A stretch of DNA of 64,000 nucleotides from Methanothrix sp. (GTDB lineage Archaea > Halobacteriota > Methanosarcinia > Methanotrichales > Methanotrichaceae), in assembly GCA_963682135.1 (NCBI GenBank), contig OY821645.1:128001-192000 (forward strand), read 5' to 3'. Positions 32,722 through 40,634 of this stretch are shown here, one piece after another. The notes below the pieces were generated by a model. It saw only the letters and a list, made by a program, of their open reading frames with translations, did not search any database and was not told the origin of the DNA. The translations under genes were made by a program, and so were the position numbers. Numbering within the stretch: position 1 is the first letter of the stretch; every line of letters starts with the position of its first letter.

Positions 32722-32938
32722 CCCTCTCAAGCTTATCGAGATCCACCTTACGGGCCTCTTTTATAACGCCTTCCAATATGGTTCGCAGGTCCTTCTTTTT
32801 CAGGAGTATCGAGTCGCTTGTGGCTTCGCCTATGACAAACTCGTCGCCAGGGTTCATTTTGAGCCTGGCTATCAAATCGGTAGGGAGGACGATCCTACAC
32901 TTTTCATCAATCTTTGCTGTGGACATAGGGCTTTTCAT
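32660..32938 (-). CDS. AbrB/MazE-family antitoxin
   Basis: AKIDEKCRIVLP...MNPGDEF; overlaps the PIN gene. Confidence 0.88.
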   Translation of the reverse strand: MKSPMSTAKIDEKCRIVLPTDLIARLKMNPGDEFVIGEATSDSILLKKKDLRTILEGVIKEARKVDLDKLERDVEGEGNRIAREKYKIFAGH

Positions 32939-32975
32939 TCACCTTGCATTTTATAGATCTGCTAATGATATTAAT

Positions 32976-33221
32976 TTATCGGTATTGACAGGTCTTTGGA
33001 GAGTTCTGAGGGTGTCTCCGTTTGCTGAGCAGCATCAGCATCTCCCACTTGCTCTTGGTCCCTGCCAGCTCTGCTGCCTTGCCCAAGGAGAGCCTGCCTT
33101 CACGGTAAAGCTCCACAGCCAAAGAGCGCTTTATGAAAGGGCCTAGCTGGTCTTTATCGACTTTAATGAGGGCCAGGACCGAGCCCGGGAGGTCCACAAC
33201 AGCACTAACCGTTTTCATCAC
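32976..33221 (-). CDS. UPF0175-family antitoxin-like protein, C-terminus probably truncated
   Basis: LAVELYREGRLSLGKAAELAG. Confidence 0.8.
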   Translation of the reverse strand: MMKTVSAVVDLPGSVLALIKVDKDQLGPFIKRSLAVELYREGRLSLGKAAELAGTKSKWEMLMLLSKRRHPQNSPKTCQYR

Positions 33222-33260
33222 CTGATTATCGTCTCTGAAGTCAAACTAGATATTACTATC

Positions 33261-33616
33261 TTAGTTTTCGATTCCAAAAGGATCGTCGTCTTCCAGCCCC
33301 ATAGCTCGCAGCTTCACGGGTGCTATGACCTCGATCAACTCCGGAGGATAGCGGCTCTTCTCGGGCCGGACCACAGCGGCCTGCATGCCGTTCAGCTTGG
33401 TGGGATCGCATCGGCACTGGCCAAAGTGCGGCCCTCCTCGGAGAAGCCCTCGATTTTGATCGCCTGATGTTCCACTGGGAAGGGCTCGTTGAGCAGCACA
33501 TTCAGGGTGCCGGGAAAGGGGATGAAGCCCAGTTTTTCCACGAACTGGCGGCTGTAGCCCTCACGGGTGAGGAAGTACTGGGCCTGACCGAGGCCGGATA
33601 GAATTTTTCCGCGCAT
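33261..33616 (-). pseudogene. ribK: CTP-dependent riboflavin kinase with a 1-bp frameshift
   Basis: N-terminal half up to EEGRT; restoring one T at ~33424 continues FGQCRC..AAVVRPEKSRYPPELIEVIAPVKLR to TAA at 33261. Confidence 0.88.
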
Positions 33617-33757
33617 GATATTGACCTGCTCGCGTCCTATAGGTTCCTGCGATTATGATAATCGGTCTGCAAGAAAATCATGCCCGTCTCAGCGAACTTA
33701 ACCTTGCGGTCGGAGGGCACTGAGTTGAAAACTGCAATTATCTTCCTGGCAGAGATT

Positions 33758-33930
33758 CTAGTGTTGTGAGATCCTTTTCAGCATCAATGGCCATGTAGTC
33801 CAGAAGGGCTCCGCTTTGCTGAGCAGCACCATCTTCCATTTGCTCTTGACCCCCCGCCTGGCTCTTGGTCTGGTCATGAGATAGCCTGTCTTCGCGACAT
33901 AGCAGTCTGGCATGGAGATCCTATTTTTCC
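33758..33930 (-). pseudogene. Toxin-antitoxin remnants (PIN C-terminal scrap plus UPF0175 C-terminal scrap)
   Basis: RISMPDCYVA (PIN-like); GVKSKWKMVLLSK resembles AGTKSKWEMLMLLSK of 32976..33221. Confidence 0.55.
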
Positions 33931-34227
33931 CCCTACTATTAAATTCATAAATTTGAAAATCAAACTGCGTGCGGCCACCCCACCCTAAACGTCTATGTGC
34001 CTCAGGACAATGGCACATACGAGGCAAATGAAAAACAAGATCTATCGACATCATAAGTATTGTTTTTCATGGGAAAGGGATGGGGTATGCTTCGGGCTGC
34101 ACGCACGCCCGGTTAGCTGGAGATCAGAAATCATCGAGTCCTCTTTGCCAGGTCTCCCTAATCTGTGCAATTGAAACTCTGCTTTCGAATTCCAGCTTAT
34201 CGGTTTAAGTGAGCACAAATAACGTGC

Positions 34228-34276
34228 GAGGGTTCACTTGATCCCCAACCTGAAGGTCGGGGTATTCGTGACCCTC
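34228..34276. repeat. Orphan hairpin resembling an IS200/IS605 end
   Basis: gagggttcac..ccccaacc-tgaa-ggtcgggg..gtgaccctc; same ctgaagg core as the TnpB element right end. Confidence 0.6.
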
Positions 34277-34348
34277 CGCGCTCCCGATGTAATAATTGGA
34301 CAATTTTGCGCAACCATTGACACAAAACACTAGCATGAAGAGTTATTT

Positions 34349-37300
34349 TCATTCATTCATCCTCCAATCCACAAAAACGGATTTAACGAGATAATTTAAT
34401 TTAAATTCTGCTAATATCTTGAAATAATAAGGTTCTCCATAAATTATATCATCAAAATTAGTTCTTATTGACGAAAAAATATCATCAAACTGCTCTTGAT
34501 CTTTTACATGCAATTCAATTTTTACTTCCCATTTTCCCGTGCAGAATATGATATGGAATATTTGCAAATAGTTTGACATAAATTTCATAAAATTATCTTT
34601 TTCCTTTTTCGATAATTTTTTTAATCTTAAGAGGATTATGTACCATTCAAGTCCTAGAGCCCTAATATCGCATACGGGCATTAGTCCTATAATTATATCT
34701 TTTGATTTCAAGTCATACACTATATCGGCTAGTCTCTTGACATCTAATTCAAATTCTGACGAAAAATTTAATTGATAATATTGTTCAAATTCCGAAATTC
34801 TTAAAAGCATCTTGTACTCTTCATTATGGATATAGCTATATGCCTTTTCTTCAAGCGGTATTCTATATTCTCGATATGAGAAATCTGTTTCTTTTTTCCC
34901 AGATGTAAACAGATATCTTTGGCCAAAGAAATATTCGTCGATTAACCAAAGCATCTCATAATCTTTTAATTTATCTTGGCAAATTTCCTTTATTTGCATC
35001 ATTATTTCATTGTAATGATGCATGCTCTTAGCGAAAATAGCGATTAGATACGTCCATTGACTAACTCCACCAATGGATGCTATCCATGGTATTGCTTGAT
35101 GATTCATAAGCCCTTCGAGAATATGATTTTGAGTTTTTTTATCTATTATATCTATTGATAAAAATACATTAAAGCTAATTAGACCAAATCTACTGATATT
35201 GATAATTGGGACAAACTTATCCAAAAATCCGCGACTATGAAGGTCCTTTATCCTCTGTTTTATTACAAACTCATCAATATGTAATTTTTTCCCTATAATT
35301 TTAGGAGTTTGAGGCATTCCCTCCTTCCATGCTTCCCTCCATATTTCCTCTAAAATTATTGACTCCTGCTGGCTAAGATTTGCAGGAAGATTCTCAGATT
35401 TCCTGAATCTCACATTGCTGTTATAATTGACAAAATTAGCTTTTTTTCCCCATTTATCCAATATAATATCGATTTGATCTATAAGAATATTTCCAAGCGT
35501 AATCTCTTCGACATATTCGCCATTATCTTCAGGAATTATCACATCTCCATTCGGCTGAATAATGAAGTAGGACCTATCCCTTTCCTTTCGCCTTGAAACA
35601 ACTATCTGAAACGGTGATTGCCCTTTAAGATTACTGCGGAAATCCTGAATGGTATTTGTGAATGTGCTTTCCAGATATCCGCATCGTATCATGTTTAAAC
35701 GTGCCCCTGCTTCTGGGATAAGTTCGTATATCTTCCAAAGGTCAATTGAATATTTTGCTAATAGATTATAAATATTTAGTAGATTGTTGCGCACATTGAT
35801 GTTTTTGGATGTCAACAATGTACATACTCTTATTTGAAATGGTCTTGCATACTGTTGATAGTAATCTAGAATTGAAAGAACGTTCTTATAGTTATTTTCC
35901 CTTCCATTTTCTGAATGAATTTCATTTGTCGATCCGTCAAGAGATAGAGAAAGCCTATTTACATAATGTTCTATAGGCTCTTTATGATTCCAGAAATGTT
36001 CGCCATTGGTAGAAAGACATACTTTGATCCCTTTTTCATAAATATATTTTAGCATTTCGTCAATATATCTATATTTTAACGGTTCACCTCCAGAAATACA
36101 TATTGTTTTTATATATAATCTGTGTAGTATATCAACGACCTTTTTAGCACATTCCAAATCTAAATCAGGTATATTCTTTGGTTTAAAACAACAACGACAT
36201 GCGTAATCGCATTCGGAAGTTATCATCCAATCAACAATTGCTAGTTTATGATCGATATACTGGTCTGGAATATTGTTTTGGAGGCGTCCGCCAACGGAGC
36301 ATTTTTGAAGAATCATATCAGCAATCTGCCTAAGATTTTCTTTGCGGCCATCTAAAAATCCGATAGCCGATGATATGCCCGAAATCTCTGTATTATCAAG
36401 CAGTACGGGAATAACATAATCATACTTTTCTGAAATCGCTCTTGCTTGAGCACATTTTAACTCAAGTTGCGTCCATTTACTTTTTAAATAGTATTTCGAA
36501 ATAAATATAACGCAATAGCGTGCGCGTTCTTTAAAAATCTTTTCAAGTAGGTTGGGCAGATTTTCTCCAACTAGGTTACTCTTTTCATAAAAATCATAGA
36601 ATACATTAATTTTGCCTTGAAGAGCTTTTAAGACATTTTCTACATATGGTCTATCTTCTCTAGCAAAAGAGAAAGCAACATCATACTTAATAGTACTATT
36701 TATTTCGAAATCTGCGAGAAGATTCCAAATCCAAATAGAATTATCATTAGTGCCAAAGACAGCTCGATGACCGTCTGGTGTTATCGCTATACTCGTAAGA
36801 TACTTAGTTGAACCTATACTCTTTACACACTCTCTATTGATAAGATCCCAGATCCGCACTGTTTTATCAAGAGAACTAGTAAGTGCCCAGCGTCCATCTG
36901 AGGTCACAGCTAACCTGATAATCGCATCATTGTGTCCTTCCAGAACAGCTAATCCTTTGCTCGATCGAAAATCCCATAGGCGCACGGTATTATCGCGAGA
37001 ACCAGAGATAATTAATTGCTCATCTGGTGTTATGGCAACACAATCTACTGACCTAGAGTGACCTTCGAGCGTGACGATACATCGGGTAGTCTCCAAATCC
37101 CATACACGAAGGGTTCTGTCTGCAGAAGCAGAAACCACATAACGACCATTTGGCGCTACTGCAACACCGAAAACTGAATCAGTATGCCCCTCGAGAGTGG
37201 CAGCGCACTGAAAGGTCTTCGCATCCCATATCCGTAAAGTCTTATCAAAGGACCCAGAAATTATCCGTTGGCCATCTGGTGTCACAGCAATGCTGCAAAC

Positions 37301-38563
37301 TCCCTTTGTATGACCTTTAAGTATAGCGACACAATCTCCATTTGAAGCCAAGTCCCAGACCAGAATGGTTCCATCTGCGGAGCTCGAAACGGCAAATCGT
37401 CCATCTGGCGATATTGCAACCCCAAAGACTCGATCGGTATGACCGGAGAGTGTGTTAAGCGATGCCCATGATTGCAGATCCCATACTCGGAGCGTGTTGT
37501 CGTAAGAGCCGGAGATTGCCCGCCTACCATCTGGCGTTATTGCTACACCCCAAACTTGTCCACTATGCCCCCTAAGCACTTTATAAGGCTGTAACCCACT
37601 TTTCTGCTGAAAGGATTCGCTTATATCATTTTGTTCAAATAATTTTTGATCTAATGAATAAATATGGCCATCAAAAGTCCGTACGCGAGTTGGGCTTGGC
37701 CTAACTGGAATATCAATGGATTCCCCAGGAAGGATAACTAGCGATCTCATGGCATTACTGGAACCGTCATGTTGTAAGATATCGATTGTAATCGGTTGGA
37801 TGTTTGGAACACGAATTCCGAATTGACCTGAGCCGGACAGATAACCAATTCGAAAATCATTTCCAATCTTAAGCACATCAAGAACGACATGAGGTACGTT
37901 TGAGAAATCCAATTCTGCAAGATCCAATGATGTACTCGATTTTGAGAAACGCGAATCGTGCCTAATGATTCTTGCTGTAGAAATATTTCGCAATCGAGAA
38001 AATAGCGGATTTAGATTGGCAGCTTCTGGCAAGCGATTCCCCATCTCGACAATCCATTCATCGAGTGCAGGCCGATCATTCTTGGAAATGGCCTTGACCA
38101 CACGCCAGATATTTTGTTCAAAGACCCGCTTATGTTCAGGTTCCGCCATGTTTTCTTTTAGGCTCAGGTAAACCAATTCCTCTTCCCATCGAATTACCGG
38201 GGAGACTAACTGATGGCAATCTTCTACAACTTTGCGGGCCGCATCCAAAAGCCCTTGGTCGGCCCTAAGCCGTTCCCGCAATAGTTGGCTAAATTCAGGA
38301 AGCAGAGTTATATTATCCGGGCCGCGGCTTTCAATAAATGGGCTGAACCATAGAGTCGCTTCTGTAGCTACGGTAGGACGAAGTTCTGCTGAAAACCTAT
38401 CACTCAAAGCTAACCGCAGTGCACGAAGAAGTTCGGGCTCAATCCTTCTTGCTAGCGAAGCAAGCATCGCCAATGTGACAACATCGGGTCTTATGCATCC
38501 GTACTTACTCAGACTCACGCGTGCTCCATTTATTTCCTTTTCAGTCAGTGATCCAAACATCAT
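34349..38563 (-). CDS. Multidomain effector: vWA-associated helical domain, WD40 x7, TIR, radical SAM (viperin-like), tandem Lrp/AsnC
   Basis: LARRIEPELLRALR; GH..V..VA.TPDG repeats; KYDVAFSFA..SKWTQLE; CDYACRCC and ISGGEPL; two HTH-RAM units; start 38563 (behind GAGGGAAGG) or 38632. Confidence 0.9.
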   Translation of the reverse strand: MMFGSLTEKEINGARVSLSKYGCIRPDVVTLAMLASLARRIEPELLRALRLALSDRFSAELRPTVATEATLWFSPFIESRGPDNITLLPEFSQLLRERLRADQGLLDAARKVVEDCHQLVSPVIRWEEELVYLSLKENMAEPEHKRVFEQNIWRVVKAISKNDRPALDEWIVEMGNRLPEAANLNPLFSRLRNISTARIIRHDSRFSKSSTSLDLAELDFSNVPHVVLDVLKIGNDFRIGYLSGSGQFGIRVPNIQPITIDILQHDGSSNAMRSLVILPGESIDIPVRPSPTRVRTFDGHIYSLDQKLFEQNDISESFQQKSGLQPYKVLRGHSGQVWGVAITPDGRRAISGSYDNTLRVWDLQSWASLNTLSGHTDRVFGVAISPDGRFAVSSSADGTILVWDLASNGDCVAILKGHTKGVCSIAVTPDGQRIISGSFDKTLRIWDAKTFQCAATLEGHTDSVFGVAVAPNGRYVVSASADRTLRVWDLETTRCIVTLEGHSRSVDCVAITPDEQLIISGSRDNTVRLWDFRSSKGLAVLEGHNDAIIRLAVTSDGRWALTSSLDKTVRIWDLINRECVKSIGSTKYLTSIAITPDGHRAVFGTNDNSIWIWNLLADFEINSTIKYDVAFSFAREDRPYVENVLKALQGKINVFYDFYEKSNLVGENLPNLLEKIFKERARYCVIFISKYYLKSKWTQLELKCAQARAISEKYDYVIPVLLDNTEISGISSAIGFLDGRKENLRQIADMILQKCSVGGRLQNNIPDQYIDHKLAIVDWMITSECDYACRCCFKPKNIPDLDLECAKKVVDILHRLYIKTICISGGEPLKYRYIDEMLKYIYEKGIKVCLSTNGEHFWNHKEPIEHYVNRLSLSLDGSTNEIHSENGRENNYKNVLSILDYYQQYARPFQIRVCTLLTSKNINVRNNLLNIYNLLAKYSIDLWKIYELIPEAGARLNMIRCGYLESTFTNTIQDFRSNLKGQSPFQIVVSRRKERDRSYFIIQPNGDVIIPEDNGEYVEEITLGNILIDQIDIILDKWGKKANFVNYNSNVRFRKSENLPANLSQQESIILEEIWREAWKEGMPQTPKIIGKKLHIDEFVIKQRIKDLHSRGFLDKFVPIINISRFGLISFNVFLSIDIIDKKTQNHILEGLMNHQAIPWIASIGGVSQWTYLIAIFAKSMHHYNEIMMQIKEICQDKLKDYEMLWLIDEYFFGQRYLFTSGKKETDFSYREYRIPLEEKAYSYIHNEEYKMLLRISEFEQYYQLNFSSEFELDVKRLADIVYDLKSKDIIIGLMPVCDIRALGLEWYIILLRLKKLSKKEKDNFMKFMSNYLQIFHIIFCTGKWEVKIELHVKDQEQFDDIFSSIRTNFDDIIYGEPYYFKILAEFKLNYLVKSVFVDWRMNE

Positions 38564-38579
38564 CCTTCCCTCAATGGAT

Positions 38580-39542
38580 TCATTGTCGGCGTCGTCGTAC
38601 GGTTGTGATCGAAGTATCACGATCCCATACATATGAATAGGGAATAAGCTGTTTCAATTCATTGGGCCAATACGATTCAGGTGCAGGGATCAAAGCAACT
38701 TGTGGACAGCAGTATCTTTCTGCTAAATTTAGCAAGGATCGCCATTGATCAAAACCAGTACAGCTGCCTGATATTTCGCCATCGATTCCAAAGTCAGAAA
38801 CTATCAACAACGGTGTTTTTTCGGGAAACTTATGAGGATGATCGGAGTACCATTTAATCTGAGGACCATCAGGTAACCAGCGATCGACTTCCATCCACCA
38901 GACACGAACCTTGGATCCTCCAAGAACCCGCTGAAGTCGCCTTAAGAGCTTTTTTTCGTCACGCCAAAATGGTTGCATAGACTCGGAGCGATCTAGAATC
39001 AATAATACTCCACGTTGCAGTGTCGGTCGTTGCCGCAAAGGCAGTCTCTTTAAGAGCAGTCCTCTAACCAGTTCTCTTTCCAGCACAGTCCATTCAATAT
39101 CCTTCGAGGCTCTTGAAGTTGCCAGCATCGCGCCCATAATTCCGCGAAACCGTATATCGTGCAACAATGGTTGGTATCTTGGCCGTACCATATGCGATTC
39201 TATATTTGTTGGTTCTAGCGGTTCGGTTGATGCTAAGATCGGGTCGTCAAGCAGGATCTCAAAACGCTGATTCTCACGCCCTACTGGAGCAAGAATTTTG
39301 CCATGAGAATCTGCCTGGAACTCAGAATCGAATGATTCTGTAGGTACCTTTAGCTCAGGGGTAACCTCATCACCACTATTCTTTGAAAATTCAAAGACTG
39401 AAATGGCCCTCCAGCTAAATCCCAATGATTCAGCCATAAAGGCTTTGGTATCGTTGCTCTTAGGTTTGAGTACCACCATAACCTTTAGAAGCTCTGCGAG
39501 TCCAATTTCAGAGCAATTGCGACCATGAAGCATACCAGGCAC
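38580..39542 (-). CDS. vWA-domain protein of a MoxR-vWA system
   Basis: LPLRQRPTLQRGVLLILDRSESMQPF (DxSxS MIDAS), LLIVSDFG. Confidence 0.85.
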   Translation of the reverse strand: MPGMLHGRNCSEIGLAELLKVMVVLKPKSNDTKAFMAESLGFSWRAISVFEFSKNSGDEVTPELKVPTESFDSEFQADSHGKILAPVGRENQRFEILLDDPILASTEPLEPTNIESHMVRPRYQPLLHDIRFRGIMGAMLATSRASKDIEWTVLERELVRGLLLKRLPLRQRPTLQRGVLLILDRSESMQPFWRDEKKLLRRLQRVLGGSKVRVWWMEVDRWLPDGPQIKWYSDHPHKFPEKTPLLIVSDFGIDGEISGSCTGFDQWRSLLNLAERYCCPQVALIPAPESYWPNELKQLIPYSYVWDRDTSITTVRRRRQ

Positions 39543-39594
39543 TAATTACACTCCCCTCATCACCAGTCTTCGCGAAGTCTACAATAAGCTATCA

Positions 39595-40623
39595 TTATTG
39601 CTTAATGACCGTATTTTGTACGACATGATCCCAAAGCTGTGATTCGACATCTATTCCAAGCTTAAAACATACTCTCAATGTATCCAAGAACTCCGCCGTG
39701 CTAGGCTGTCGGCCTGGGCGCCCTTTTTCGTTTTTCCGTAACTGGCAGTATTTTTCTGCTACTTTACGGATCAATTCCTCCCCATAATGGTGGGACTCTA
39801 TTAAGCTGCGCATGTGAAGATTAGCAATTTTTTCTAGGCGTTCGATTTGTTCCTTCTCATCATCCGGTTCTTTTATAGTGTGAACTACACACCTTCTAAT
39901 GAATGCATCTGGAAGATCGCGTTCTTGATTTGTTGTTATTACAATTAATAAGCTTCCAAAATGATTTGGTGATATCGGATTGGGATCACGTTCTGGGGCG
40001 TTTCTCTCGATGTTTAAATCCAATTCGTCGACTGTGAAACGATTTAAGCCAAAAACCTCTAATAGATCGTTGGGCAATTCGGGATCTGCTTTATCGATCT
40101 CATCAATGAGAACAACAGCACGCTCAGGATCGCGTTTAATATCAGACTCTGCAAAAGACTCGTCCTTCTTGCTCCCCTTAGAAGTAGTCGCTTTGGAGAG
40201 TATTCTTCTCTGAGAGATTTGCTCCATTGCAGTTTCACGATTGAACGCCCACCACAATACACCTGGAGTGACATAGCGCTTCGGATCAATATTAGATCTT
40301 GCCTGCGCATCTCGCAAGCGAGCCAACGCATCGAACTTCCAGAGCAAATCTTTAGCTTCCGTACGACCAGTAATCGTCGCTTCGTAATAGCTCCAGTTGA
40401 GGTTCCGAGCGGCGAACGGAGCAAATGATGACTTGCCCGATCCAGGTTGACCACGAATGAGCAGCGGGCGTTGAGTCACAATAGCGATCTCTGCAGCCAA
40501 TTTCAGATTCGGATCACACAAATAAACCATGCCGGTACGATCGTCCGGTCCAACCTCAATATCTGTAGCATTAGGATTATTCATCCACGGGAGGAATTGG
40601 TTATAATCGGCATAAGAGCTCAT
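39595..40623 (-). CDS. MoxR-family AAA+ ATPase
   Basis: RPLLIRGQPGSGKS, VVLIDEIDKA, ITTNQERDLPDAFIRRC, PSTAEFLD. Confidence 0.95.
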   Translation of the reverse strand: MSSYADYNQFLPWMNNPNATDIEVGPDDRTGMVYLCDPNLKLAAEIAIVTQRPLLIRGQPGSGKSSFAPFAARNLNWSYYEATITGRTEAKDLLWKFDALARLRDAQARSNIDPKRYVTPGVLWWAFNRETAMEQISQRRILSKATTSKGSKKDESFAESDIKRDPERAVVLIDEIDKADPELPNDLLEVFGLNRFTVDELDLNIERNAPERDPNPISPNHFGSLLIVITTNQERDLPDAFIRRCVVHTIKEPDDEKEQIERLEKIANLHMRSLIESHHYGEELIRKVAEKYCQLRKNEKGRPGRQPSTAEFLDTLRVCFKLGIDVESQLWDHVVQNTVIKQ

Positions 40624-40634
40624 AGTTTGCCTCG

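Noticed and set aside
34070-34120. GC-rich stretch ending GTTAGCT, as a possible integron attC half-site
   Set aside because: No complementary arm, second copy or integron integrase was found
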